Shown here one piece after another: positions 12,396 through 26,440 of a stretch of DNA of 64,000 nt; position 1 is the first letter of the stretch; every line of letters starts with the position of its first letter. Origin of the DNA: Paragordius varius (lineage: Eukaryota > Animalia > Nematomorpha); contig OZ176052.1 in NCBI GenBank assembly GCA_964247055.1, positions 5,828,001 through 5,892,000 on the forward strand. Direction: 5' to 3'. The notes beneath the pieces are model-generated. The model had not been told where the DNA came from. It did not search any database and saw nothing but the letters and a program-made list of their open reading frames with translations. The position numbers were made by a program, and so were the translations under genes.

Positions 12396-14044
12396 TTTCA
12401 ATTTAAAAAAAGCTTTTTACTTTCTCTAAATAAGGTACAACACAACTATACTATACGGACAATTATTATAAACGCACAACAGGTATATTTCATGGTAATA
12501 GCTGTTAAATATTCTATGTGCTTTTTTTCCTTAATATATTAAATTTTTTTGACTAATTTATACATATATTAAATAAAGGTGTAAAAATTGTGAAATATTT
12601 TTATTTTATTTTGAAAAAAAATAACGAAAAAAAAAACGTAAAACGAACAAAATTCAATGTCAAGTTCGTGATATGTGACAGGGACGAACGACGCAGAACC
12701 ACGCTATTATATTACTATTTGTAAATTATATTTTATAATTTTTTAGCCATTTTTTTATATTTATCAAAAAAAAATTTTTTTATGTATTAAAAATATTTAT
12801 GTGTCGTGCATGCACAGTTGTCAAACGAAGCTTGGTAATTTTAAATATAATTATTTGGTTGGCTTTATTATTTAAATTTTATACATACATACATATATAA
12901 ACGAAGCGTAAAAGAGTTCACACTCAAAATATTATTTTTATTTTATCGGGTTACTTTACAAAATTTAACTAACTCAAAAACAAAATTGTGGAAATCATTT
13001 ATATTAAATTAGATATTTTAGTAATTTAAAATTGATCCTTTATATGATAATCGCTGGTTTGACTAATGTTCTTTTACGATTTTTCAGCATCTTTGTTTAA
13101 TGTGTTCTCTTATCTGTCAAATATTTTGGGCTGACCACCTTTCATTGTATATATGCATCATATGTTGATGCGTTTTAGGGGTTGTTTTAAATTTTTTATA
13201 TAGAATAAAAATTTTACCCTTTAAATATTATTTTTATTTTATGATTTTTTTTTCGTTTTTCACAACATTTTTGTGTTGTGTATGCCCTACTATTAAGTTT
13301 TAATTTAAGTCAGTCAGTCAGCCAGTCCATTTTTAATTTATTCAAAAGTAAAAACGCGACACAGACGACGTAAAATAGCAAATGACTTTAAATTTTTTTG
13401 GGTAATGCTAATACCACACACGCAATGAAGAAATAAAAGTTAATTCGTTTAAATTCAAAAAAATATATTCTAAAATATATAAAATCCTTGAAAAAAAAAT
13501 TGGTCACAAGTTTTAAACTTAAATCGAGTTTCAAAATCTGTAAAATAGATTTAAAATGATAAATAACTTTAAGATTAAAATCAAGAAAAAGAGATGCTAT
13601 ATTTGCTGACATATCACTAAAATTTAAGAATGTCCGCGTTTTAATTTAGCCTAAAAAAGTTAATTTAATTTGTGCATTCAAACACACTTTGAGATAATGG
13701 GAAAAAACAGGACATATGAGAGACGAAGGGACGAACTCACAACAACACTTTATTAAAAAACATAATTTAATTTCATAAATGCAAATGAGAAACTATATTT
13801 TTTCTCCCTCCAAATTTTGCATTTTAGGATGCGTGAGGACATGCTAATATTTCATAATATGTAATAAAACCCTAGCCCAAAAATCAATATTTTTCCGTAC
13901 ATTTATGGAATTAAGCATACATAAAGGAATAATTATTGTGAAAAATTATTTAAATGTGGCTATTGGTTTTTTAAAAAAATTTGATACCTTAATTTGAATT
14001 GATATTATTTACTATGGTTTAAACCGATAAATGCCAAATTTTGT

Positions 14045-14046
<2 letters not shown>

Positions 14047-14082
<36 letters not shown>
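14047..14082. repeat. (AT)n microsatellite
   Basis: Read directly from the sequence. Confidence 0.9.
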
Positions 14083-14086
<4 letters not shown>

Positions 14087-17000
14087 TTCCGTTTTAAAAA
14101 TCTATGAGTTTCATCTCAATAGCTATTTCCCAAAATTTGATAATACTTAATTTATATAAGACACAGACAGTAAGTAGTATTGTCAATTTTAATATTTATG
14201 CATAAATATATTTTTTTTATCATCTAATATTTAGATTAATCCAAAAAAACATTTTTGATTTGACTAAAACCCATTAATAATGAGAGAAAAAGGAGTTAGT
14301 TTAATTACAAATGTCATATATTCATCATAATTTGATTTTTAGTTTTATTGTCAAAACTCACTTTTCTGCTTATCTTTATAAATCTTAATTTATTTTAGTT
14401 TGAAAAATTTTAATACTAACCATCCATTAGCCTTTTTTGGCTAATTCAAAAAATGTTTCTTCCTTGTGATTTTAAAGGAATCATTAAGAGAACAGACAAT
14501 ATGCACCAATAATAATATATTTTGTAATTATAATGGTTAATTATATCTCGTATTTAACTTAACCAATTATGATATATATAAATATTTTAGCTTAAATAAG
14601 CTATTAAAACTAACTATAAATTAGATAAAATTATTCAAGAATTAAAAAAAATAAAAAAATTAAAGAGTTAATTTGAGTTTTTAATGTGTCCAATCCCAGG
14701 AGATTTGAGAATATACTTGAAGGCGTAAATAAGCTATTTTGTAAAATTTTTGCTTGTTAAGAATCATTTATATTTAAGAAAAAAATTATGATTATAAAGT
14801 TCAGAATATAACGTTTTTTTTCATACATTTATATTTGCAAAATTAAATATATTTTAAAACAAGGTTTAATTTATATCTCAACAAAGAATTAACATAATTT
14901 AATTTGTAATAGAGAGTAAATTTGGATTTCCCCTAAGTTTATAAGCACTTTTAAAATGTATTGGGACGCAACGCAACACCTCGACGCAGTAAGAACTTAA
15001 AAAGCCAGAGGCTCTAAAAAAATTTTATAGATATAATATAATTATCATAAAATTTTAAATTACTAAAAAATTACCTCTCTATTCTTTTTATGTATTTAAG
15101 GGGGTAATCTAAATAAAGTTAAAGAGGTAAACCTTGAAAAATTTATGTTATAATTTTCAGGAATATTGGAAAAAAATATCGGCCAATAAATTAAACTTTT
15201 TATTTTAAAGGAAAATATCGGTGGGGCCCAGGTTCAGGATTCTATAAATATTTTTTACTATAAATTCATAATTTACCCAGTCTTTTTTATTGACTGAATC
15301 CACAATTTAGTACTAACATATAAATGTATTGGTGTCTATTATATCTTTCTTTTGGAAAGCATTTAAGTTTAGATTCCAAACAAACCACCGGTTAATAAAA
15401 TTGGCATTTTGATATTTTATTCTTCCATGTAATACTTTTCAATGAATTTTTGCTTATTTGTATAAATAAATCGGTATATTCAAAAATTCTTATTAACCTA
15501 TAAACTTGTAAACTATCGCTTAAGCTTGTAAAACATTTTAAAATTGTTCACAGTTTTAATCGATTGAGACTTGCTGCATTTCGAAACATAAATTTACCCA
15601 ACCAAAACGGACCGGATAACCCAAATTGTTTAAGCGAACTAACTATAAAAGATGGTGTAATGATATTTATTATTATGCAAATAAAAAATGTGTACCGAAA
15701 TACAATGTAGATTTAAAGGCAAACACACATACAGTGCTCGCTCGCCTTTAAAATATGGAGATAGATGGCTTTAAATTTAAATAAATATATATGTATATAT
15801 GTATTATGTATTATGTATATAAGACATACAATAGATAAAAAATGAAATTAAATTTTAACGTATGCAAGTGTATGTATGTGTGTGGTGATACTCATCATTA
15901 TAAATTTTTACAAATAATAAAATACAAATAAATATATTTTTGGTGTGTTTTTTTACATATATTTCTAAAACTTCAACAACCATATACCATTTTTTAAAAA
16001 TAATCTCTCAAAAGCAGACAAATTGTTTTCCAATTATTTTTATTGTGTTCAATTAATTGGATCACCACTTTTTTACTTTAAATTATATTGATTGCATAAT
16101 ATCATCATTCATATTATAAATATAATTTAAATAATTTACATAAATTTAAATTTTATTGTGGAAATACGTAATTGAATTATTCCAATTTACATCCTTCTTC
16201 TTACAGGTACTTTATCGATATTTAAACACTATTTGTTAAAATGAATATTGATACTCAAAAATAGATATATTTTTACTCTTTTTTCTAACAGTTACAAGTT
16301 TTTGAGTTTAAAATCTTGAGAATATTATTTCAGGCCATTTTTAAAAATATTAATGTATACTAAGGATAGTATGTAGTTTTGTATACTTTAATATTTAATA
16401 ATTTAAATTTGTTTCAATCAAATGTAATTTTTGTGTAATATTTTTCGAGCAAATAAAAAAAGCATGGACTTGCAGGTGGGCTTTTGTCACTTACTAGTAT
16501 ATACCAATCGTCCATTAAATAATAATAAGAGTCAAATTCGCCAGGCTATTTACTATTTATTCAAAGTACCCAAGATTTTATGATATAACATTTCATTTTT
16601 TTCAGATAATAAATGATGACAAACAAAGCTATATTTAATAAATTTTTGTTTTAAAATCCTCGTGTGTCCAAAATTAAATGGGCCAACTTTTTGTGTAAAT
16701 AAAAAGACCCCAAAAATACTAAGTTGCAACTGACCCATTTGATTATTATTTTTAAAAAAGATGACCTACCTTAATTTCTATCCCCCCACCCCCACTCGCC
16801 TTCCCTCAATTTGTTATACAAATAGGACACACATAAATTTAAAACTATCAATATTAGTTTTTTTGTAAAATATTTTATTGTGAAATATTTTGAGCCTATT
16901 GTACTGATGTAATATTTGATTTAAGTCATCATATGCGTATCATGATTGCCAAATTTTAAAACTATTAAGGCAAAAAAGTTTTTTATTTTTTTTGATATAA

Positions 17001-18723
17001 ATTTTAATTGACTGTTCGTTGAGTTTTCATTGTCGGCAAAACCGGTACTTAAAAACATATATTTCAAAATTTTATTTGATTTGTTTCAAAAATATAATTG
17101 TAGATTTATTGCCAAAATAAACAGAAGTCGTTTTGTAATTTGTATTGAGTAATAGTAAGTTCCCCTAATTATATTGATCAGGGGGGCTAATAATAACTTT
17201 TTAACATATATGAATAACAATCAATATTTTATACTATTGATATTCATTTTAATTTAAATACACATAAACTAATTTTTTTTATTATTTAAGGTGATTTATT
17301 TTTTATCAAAATTTGTTGGTTTTTAAAAAAATATAAATTTTTTTTAAATTTTATATTGTTTTATATAATTGAAATCCATATAATTAAGAAAAATTTTGCA
17401 ATATTTAAAATGATTGAAATATATATATATATATGCTATGCTTCAAATTATATATGTATATTATTTTAATTTGGTAATGAAGTGCGAAAATCCAATTTTT
17501 ATTTTATTAAGGGGCGTGTATATTCATTACTTTATAATTTGAGATATTGAAAACCAAAATTGATATATTATATTATACACTATGATAAATATTATATTTT
17601 TTTACCTTATTGAGATATAATAAACTTTCTTTACCTGCTTTTTTTACATATTTTTTAATATTTTTTTACTTTTTTTACCCTTATTTTTTATTTTATTTTT
17701 TTCAATAAAAAAAATATCAATTTAATTGAAAAGTCAATTAACGCTCCCCTCTACACACACACACACACATATACATATTCATAAATTAGTTATAATTTTA
17801 GTTTTTTTAATATTTTTTATTTTATAATTATTTTTTATTTGATTGCTTTCTTGATTGCTCGCTTGCTTGCCTTTTAAAGGTGAAAGGGGAAGATGGAAAA
17901 ATGTGTTATTCCTCATTAAAAATTGTAAATTTAGATGTAAAAATATAAATTAAAAATTATATTAAATTTTACATACATATGTCAATGATACTAATATTTA
18001 ATATATTAATAATAAAAAATAAGTTTTTATATCTGATGATGTCATATCATTTTAATGTGTTTTTTTCTCCAATTTTAATTTGTGCGGTGGTTTTTTTGAC
18101 TTTCTAAATTATAACTCTAGAAATTAATTGATTGTAAATCGTCCAAATTATATAAATATTAATTTCTTAACCGATTTCTGTTTTGATTTTCACCTATTTC
18201 AAAGATATTTCAATAAAAATTCAAGTTTTATTGATTAACTTTTTTTCAATAAAAAGACCAAACCAATATTTTATATTTTCTATACTCTCTCCATAAAATG
18301 GTAATTTCGTTAAATTTTACAATTTTTTTTAATGATAATCAAATCGTCCAAAATATATTATGTATACATCTGGGATGGTATCTTAAAAAAATACGCATAT
18401 TTTTATTGAAATATATAAGTAAGTTAATATCTTTAAATCCAATCAATGTAAAAATTAATTAATAACAGGTATTTTAAGTGTAAAAAAAATAAAATTTACA
18501 CAAAACAACATTTGTTTAAATAACCATGTAAAAATTATATATAACATGGCCAAATTATATCCGATATATTATTTAGTTTTTAATTAAAAAAATATATAAT
18601 CGTATTATAAATTATATTATTTATGCAATATATTAAAAAGAATATATTTTATTAAAAAAAGTTTTATATAAACTACATTTTTAGATTAAAATTTTAGGAT
18701 TAGAAAATTTTAACACTACATTA

Positions 18724-19208
18724 CCTTTTGGGGTTGTTTTATTACAAAGCCATTTGAAATTGTCTATCTTAAAAATATTAAGCCCGATTTCTATGCTTTC
18801 TTAAGCCTTTAAGGCGCATACCAATTTTTTGAAAAAATATAAAATTGCAAATAAATTTTCATTCCAAACTCTTTTGCCGCCTTTTTTTTTATAATTTTTT
18901 GGCAAATCCTAATGCAATAGTCAAATAAATGCATATTATGGTTAAAAATATAAATAATTAACTTTAAAAAGCTTTAAGGCTACATTTTATCCACAATCGC
19001 TTGATATATTTTGATTTCAATATCAGCTGTTCGATTCAATTTTGAAGCTGTCCCAATTTTAGACTCTAGAAGTCACAAAACTGTAAAAAATATAAGCTTT
19101 AAATCTGATATAAGCGAACAATGTTTGATAATTATATTTTAACCAAAAAAACTTTCACTGTAGTTTTTCACAAAATTGAGCTCTGGGATACAAAACTACC
19201 CCAAAAGG
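18724..19208. mobile_element. Possible TA-flanked (Tc1/mariner-type) MITE
   Basis: CCTTTTGGGGTTGTTTT at the left end is the near reverse complement of AAAACTACCCCAAAAGG at the right end; TA lies on both outer sides. Confidence 0.45.
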
Positions 19209-20014
19209 TAAACTAGGACAAAAAAAGGTAATGAACTGTTAATTAAATTTAATTATCGTTTTTCAAAAATTTTCATATTGTCACAACAAAGCGTCGCAAT
19301 TGGAAAAACAGATGATATGAGGAAAAAACTCTAAGTGAAAAAAATAATTTATTTAAATTAAATTTTATTTTTTCCATTTCAACTAACTATCTTCACTTTT
19401 CCCTTGTTAGTGTAGAGCCTATGAAATTTCATTTAATCCTGCTATCATGTTCATATTATTATCGAAAAATTTTATGAATAGAAAAAAAATATAAAAAAAT
19501 AATGAGAATTTATAGATTTTTGTGTGAAAGTTTTTGAATTTAAATTTAAATTATCACATTTTTTTCTCATTAACGCTACTTTTTTTGGTTATTTAACACA
19601 TTGTTAAAATGTGCGTGAAAAAGTGGAATAAATGAAAAAAAAATTAATTTAAAATTTTGTTTCAAAATGTTTATTAGGGGTAGGACACTGCAAAACACAC
19701 AGTTTATTTTTCATTTAATATTATTAATAATAATAATATATTTTATTTATTTTTTAAATAAAAATAAAGAAAATTATATAATGAATAAAATTATTTTTAT
19801 CTATTAATTTATCGATCGATAATTTTATTAATATTAATACTATTTATGGGAGAATTAAGCCAATATTCTTATTTTTTATGGCTTAAGAAGAATACAAATG
19901 AAATGCAAATGGCCAAAAATTTTAAATGATAATAAAAAATATACATTTTAACAATTAAATTAATTTTAATTTCATAAAAAGCATAACAGATGTAGAAAAT
20001 GGAATGAAATGCTA

Positions 20015-21790
20015 CTAGGAGCCATTTTTCATATGTTGACCAGTTTTCTTTTTGTTTATGTATTTATCAGTAACAGCAGTTGTCTCAGAACGAGTTCCAC
20101 CCGTAGAAAAAACGATAAATTTATCTTCAGGATAAACTGCAAGGCATCTACCCATCACAGGCATTTGAGTTGTGAAAGACACTAATGCAGTAGGGTCTCC
20201 AATAATTAGCACTAATACAATCAAAGATCTTTTTAGTTTATTCAAAGGGTTTAACAGTATATTGTTCGCATTTAGGTCACTGTCTTTAATCTAAATATAC
20301 CAGGGATAACTACAAGAAATGTCGGATTATCTTTGATGAACGGCATGACAGGATATATGTAGTAATATTTTAGCTGTTTGGACACTGAATGTTTTTCCTC
20401 ATGGAAAACTACAAACGATGATCAGTTTTTAACAACTCTATTGTCAAGTTTACAACATCAGGACCAGCCTATACCTTGGTCAAATTAGAAGCAATTTCTA
20501 TATTATACTTTATTCCTATCAGTATTTTGTCATGGAAAAGTCTGAGCTCCATTTCTTTGTCATACACACTATATGTTGGACATGAGTAATTGATAATAGT
20601 ATAATACTCTATTTATAAGGCTTGAATTCCTCAGTGGTGTTTGGCGGTGGTAAGTCAATATATTGAGCATTTGGTAATACAAAAGCACGATTACCCCAGG
20701 AATTCGGATTTTTTTTTCGTTGGATTTATTACTTCATCCGAGCTATTGTAACCAAAATAAGGTAAGCCAATATATCCTGAAAAGAGTAACCCACTTGTTC
20801 GCTCTACCGTCCCTGTCCACACAGGACGACCTTTACTCAGAGAGATTCACTTCATTCTTCAGAGCTTTATACGCAATTAAACGTATAAATTAAACGCTTT
20901 TTCTACGGGTGCAACTTCGTCTGATATAACTAGGGTTGTGCATTTAACTGCTTTTTCAAAAAAGTCCGGTCAGACCCAGTCAGACCATGGTAATGACCAT
21001 GGTAATGACCACTTTTTACTTAAGTAAATATCATGCGATTTAGGATTGTGAAAATAATGTTCGTACGACACTAGCGTTTCACTAATAATATCATGTTTTT
21101 TCTTAAAAATTTATTATACATTTTTTCGATATTTATTATTTACAAATATTTTCAATCAAACCAAGAATTTTGTTTTCAAATTTTGCCACATGTTTGTGGC
21201 CTTCTGAATCTTCAAATACACGGCTTTTAATACTGGATATTTCAAATTAAATTTTACCTAGTTTATTTTACACTTTCTTTCATCAATGAAATAATATCCA
21301 AATATAAGATGTTTTCTCATTTTATTGGTTATGGAATGCTTGAATGTTTTGCAAAGTGCTTGATTGTTTTGTTTTTCGAAGTAACTGGATGCTTAAATGC
21401 TAATGTTATAACGATGCGTGTTTAATAATTTTATATTGTTAAATTAGCATATTTAAATATTTAATTTATATTTAATTAATATATTAAAAAACACTGATAT
21501 CTTACTATTTTTCTTCCAAAAAATTTTACCAGCAATTTTTCAAAAACAGCTGTTTTTTTAATGACCATGGTCAAAAAATAAATAGTCACTCACCTGGTCA
21601 TAACCCGGTTTGACCGGGTCATGACTTGGTCAGCACAACCCTAGATATAACTACTAATCATCAACACAACACTATTTTTGACAACAAATTCCCTATTAGT
21701 AGCATTCTCTTAAGTATTGCTATATGCAAAGCATTAAAAATAATAATGTTGGTTTACTCGGCAAAGATAATATCTTTTTTGGTTATATAA
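20015..21790 (-). pseudogene. Degraded protein-coding relic of unknown origin (about 1 kb, interrupted by the MITE at 20931-21643)
   Basis: Locally less AT-rich. Minus-strand frames give protein-like stretches linked by frameshifts and stops: SKGRPVWTGTVERTSGLLFSGYIGLPYFGYNSSDEVINP, PNSWGNRAFVLPNAQYIDLPPPNTT, KYYYIYPVMPFIKDNPTFLVVIPGIFRLK, and the supplied ORF 20015-20245. No family recognised; upper boundary approximate. Confidence 0.5.
20931..21643. mobile_element. hAT-type MITE, 713 bp, intact ends
   Basis: Perfect 11-bp TIR TAGGGTTGTGC / GCACAACCCTA and perfect 8-bp TSD GATATAAC (20923-20930 and 21644-21651). Subterminal clusters of TGACC/GGTCA at both ends. Confidence 0.92.
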
Positions 21791-23275
21791 GTGATTATAA
21801 ATTTAAAAATTAAAATTATTTCAAAATAAACAATTTTTGTAAAATAGATTTTGCCCTTATTGGGGAAAATTAAACTATATATAGTGATATTTTTTTAGTT
21901 ATATAGTTCGTTATATTATATTTATTATTATTATGCAAATTGCATTAATTTCATTTTTGTTTGCTATAATTGGGATGGCCGCTTTCAAAATCTGTTAATT
22001 TCGAACAATGTGTATAATATTCATTTTTATCATTTTTTGCATAATTTGAGATTTAGATTGTGACATGCTTGCTTTTATCCACCATTTGTCGCAAAATTAA
22101 ACACCCTGAAAAATTATATAAATTTTTAATTAAATAACATAATATTTATTCTCAGGATCAGGTACTACTTACTAATTGCATGCTTTAAAAGGCAAACTCT
22201 CATTTTTGTTCATTATAAGCTTGAGTTTCAGTAATAGCATCGTTTTTATTAAATTATATTGTGTCAACTGTTTTATTTAGAGTGGCAACTTCAAAAATAT
22301 ACTTCATTTTTATTAATTATATCAAATTCATTGCCACATATTTCGAATATGACCAATTTTGACAACAAATATATTGCCCTCATTTTTTCCTATAATATTT
22401 TATAATGACTCATTAAAAGCTGACCTTAAATTTATTTATTACTGCAAATCTAACTCAAAATACCTTGTTATGGTCGTCCATTCATATGTATTACACTGTA
22501 TGTAGTATATATATATATATATAGGAATTATTCGATCTTTATCGTCCCCATTTTTTGTATATTTGCCCTTGTTGGGTTAAAAATCATAAAGATGTATTGC
22601 AAATTTATTTACAATAAGCGCTATGCACTAATTAATACACAGAAGTAGTGTTTGTTTAAGGTTAAAATTTTATTTGGAAACATTTATAACTTTCATACCA
22701 CCGCCAACACGCAGAATTGTTTTAGGTACTGTTTAATAACTGTAAAATCAGTTAAATGGACCCTTTTAGAGAAAAAATGTTAAATTTATATACATAACTG
22801 GTCCTTACGCATCCGCTTTTTCAACATTCACACTTTTTTTTACAAAAATTTTCGGAATAACAAGACATATTTTTATAGAATTCATTCCAAATATACTGAC
22901 CCGCCTAACCCCATAATAAGTTTTTTAAAAAAACGGCAAGACATCCATATGCATTTTCCCGCTTTTTAAATAGGGTTTTTGGAATTAAAATCGTTTAAGG
23001 TTGTGTGTTCCTGACCCGCCATAATAGGTCAAAAAGTATATTATTCTGGATATTTATCCTAAATATCTAACATTATTGGATACAAAAACTGATTTTTTAA
23101 TTAAAATTTAATTAAAAATATTAAATTTTCATTTTTTCTTAAAAAGGATGCAGATCATGAACTAGCTAATTTTATTCACACAATTGGCGTCATTAGAGGA
23201 AACTGCACCGTAAATATTCTGGTAGCCAAACTAATTAATGGGTGTTAAGTATGATAAATATTTTTAAAACTGAGG

Positions 23276-23555
23276 TAGGTGTGCCCAACACAAATGGCTT
23301 AGAGGTTCGAATTCCAAAAATATCTACCTAGCATTGATAATAATAAATATTTTTTTGATTTAACATAACACATCATACTATCGCTATTTTTTTCACCAAT
23401 TTTTGCCAACTTGTTGCCGAAATTTGCGAAAACTTTTTCATGAAAATTTGTTTAAGAAATATTGTAAAATTTTAAAATCTGCTACAAAGTATTATGGAAC
23501 TTGGTGTTTATTTGGTAAGTTTTGAAAATTTTCAAAGGCCGTACAGATTTACCTG
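23276..23555 (+). mobile_element. hAT (Buster-type) MITE, family copy 5, old and degenerate
   Basis: TAGGTGTGCCCAACACAAATGGCTT resembles the family left end; similar length to other copies; right flank TTTTAGAA fits nnnTAnnn. Right TIR largely lost. Confidence 0.4.
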
Positions 23556-25790
23556 TTTTAGAATAAATATTATTAAGAAAATACGCTTTTAAATTGATTT
23601 AACAAAAAGCTGGATGATCACCAAAAGGTTTATATTGTGAAGGTAAATGACGGATTGATAATGATTTGTAATAACCGTTGTAAAATCCGTGAAATAATGA
23701 TATAAAGGAAAAATTTAAAATGATATGTGAAACCCTTCGTCAATAGTAATCGCCGACTAGTTTCGTATTTGTTAGCACTCATCAGTACGACACAACATCT
23801 CATATATTGTTTCATCACTCAAACCTTTTGATTTTCCTGATTACTTACTGCTAGTTTATTAAATCCTAGCAATTTATTCATTTGGTTTAACTGATCCTTA
23901 TAAGTATTACCCCATTTTGCAATGACAAGAGGCGCCCCTATATCACTCTTAATTTATCAAGTGCATTAACTACTTTTACTATTTTTCATTTCATGTCACA
24001 CAAACATTATATTTATTATATGAGTAAATTTTTTTTTAAAAAAAACCCTTATCCAATAAGTCCATTTGTGAAAAGGTGCAAATAAGCTTAAATAAAATAT
24101 TAGTGCATTTTTTGTGTTGACACTTATTTCCGTACAACTTGAGTGCTGGAGCTTTCTTGGGATGAAAAATAAAATAAAAATTCTAGAGAGCCTGTAAGGA
24201 ATGACGGAATTTAAGTCGCATACAAAATTCAAATCCCATTGACTTTTGGGGTCTAAAAATATATCCCTTTTTAGATCCCACCACTATCCGTAGTTCAATT
24301 AATATAATAATTTACAATCTTGTGTAAAATTTAGGGTAAAAATGTTTTTGTGGCGTAGTCCGATAAAAATTTAAATAATTTTTCTGTGAAAAACATTGTC
24401 AGCCAGAAAATACTGTTCCCTATCCCATTTTTTACATAAATGCATATATTTTTGATTAAATTTAATTTATTTTATTTCTCCCTCTTTTTCATCTGAGCGA
24501 CATATCAATGTGTGACAGAAAATGTGATGTTAGGCGGGCCATAACAGACCCAAAAAATCGATAATGAAATGGAAATTGAATTTTTTATTTAAAATCTAAT
24601 AAAATAAGCAGAATTTTGGTGTCCCTCCATATTTTTCCAAGCATAATTTAATAAAATGGACGAAATGTACATAACAACATCTATTTTTAATATGATTAAT
24701 GAACAACATATAAAATGGAAGCACAGAAATAAAATTTTAATATTTTCCATTTTCCACATTGTTTTTTTTGGTTAAAAAACCTACTAGCCAGTGTAGTCAA
24801 ATCTTAATTAGATTATATGACGTTTAGATTCTATTTTTTTGCAGAATTTTTATTTTTAGCTATGTATATGTGACTAGGGCCCAAACATAAAAACAGCAGA
24901 GGGCTAATGGATGGTGTTGGAAAATGACAAAAAAACTTTCAAATATTAATGACAATTTTAGAGGACATTTTTGTTTGCTAATGATAATATGCTTTTGAAA
25001 ATTAATCCTTGATGGGTTGATGGGAAGGTTGAAATTTAGCTTTGTTTAGTATGTATATGAAAAGGTAAAAAAAACCCTTATATTTTTTATATAAAGTTAT
25101 TTAATTAAATAATTAGTACTTTTGGCATGAAATAGAGAATTTGTGGTTTTTAACAAAGTTTTAAAGTATATCAACAAGTTTCACCAAATATAATTTTTGT
25201 AAGAGTATTTGAATATTCAAATTTAAAAAAATGTTAGAAAAAATTAAAGACAAATATCCTGAAATCTGAAAAGCACCTACCTCTATGCAAATATTTTCAA
25301 ATGAAATAGAAATCGTTATTATCATTAAATTATTTTGGTAAAATTTATAATTAAAAAAGTGCATATGTTTTCCGAAACGCCTAAGCTTAAAAATTTGACT
25401 ATTTCAATTATATCATTACAAACTGACTTTTGAATGAAATTATTATGTCTATCTTATTAAAAAATTAGATGCTTTATATCAAATTTATTATGAAATTTTT
25501 TTAACCCCAAAATTAGAGAAGCATATATGCAAATGAATAAAAATATTAAAAGATTTTGTTATCAAATATAGTTTTCAGTCAAATAAGTAAGTAATCCCTT
25601 TAAAATTTCGACATTTCTCTGTCGTGTACTAAATAATACATAGTTTAAGATGTAATTTTTAAGTGATTTTGTTTTGCATTTTTTTAATAAAGTGCTTCAG
25701 ACTATTAATTTGATTGATATGTCAACGAGAACGAATATTTTATGTTAGGATAATAATTTGTATTCTCGTAAAATTTATTAAAATTAAACT

Positions 25791-26440
25791 ATATCCAAAA
25801 TTTTCGATACATGAGAGTATCTTTTTCAATGGATTAATATAACAAAGGAAAATAATAATAAGATTAATTAAAACAAAATTTTTTTTTTTGAAAATTATAA
25901 TTATAAATGATAAAAAATGCAAAGTGATGTCCATGTGTTATTGTTTTTTTCTTGGCGTGGTAAATATTTTAAAGTAATCTCTTTCTTTTAGAAAGTCTTT
26001 TGTGACTTTGTTAATTTCTTTCCTCTCTTCTCTTCTGTTGATGAGGTGTGTACTATTTGAATGGATAAAACAAGCCTCCAAAATCAACCTATCGGATAAT
26101 TTGTCGGCTTGTGCTACAATGGATGCTGGGCCGAAGGTGTGGCCATTGCAATGGTCTGGAGGCTTGTTTTATTCATTCAAATAGTACACACCTCATCAAC
26201 AGAAGAGAAGAGAGGAAAGAAATTAACAAAGTCACAAAAGACTTTCTAAAAGAAAGAGATTACTTTAAAATATTTACCACGCCAAGAAAAAAACAATAAC
26301 ACATGGACATCACTTTGCATTTTTTATCATTTATAATTATATTTTTCAAATTTTGTTTTAATTAAACTTATTATTATTTTCCTTTGTTATAGTTTAATCC
26401 ATTGAAAAAGATACTCTCATGTATCGAAAATTTTGGATAT
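25791..26440. repeat. Long inverted repeat (foldback): arms 25791-26080 and 26157-26440, 76-nt spacer
   Basis: Arms are reverse complements. The inner ~190 bp differ at 1-2 positions. The outer part has one 2-bp indel, an 11T vs 3T run difference and two substitutions. Confidence 0.95.

Noticed and set aside
26081-26166. Words in and beside the foldback spacer reminiscent of HDV-type ribozymes (GGCC..ATGGTC, GCTGGGC)
   Set aside because: The order of elements does not fit the nested double pseudoknot; treated as coincidence unless a descriptor search says otherwise.
25740-26299. Supplied ORFs 25740-25934, 26002-26184 and 26111-26299
   Set aside because: They lie within the foldback, the mirrored frame in the other arm is truncated, and no motif is recognisable.
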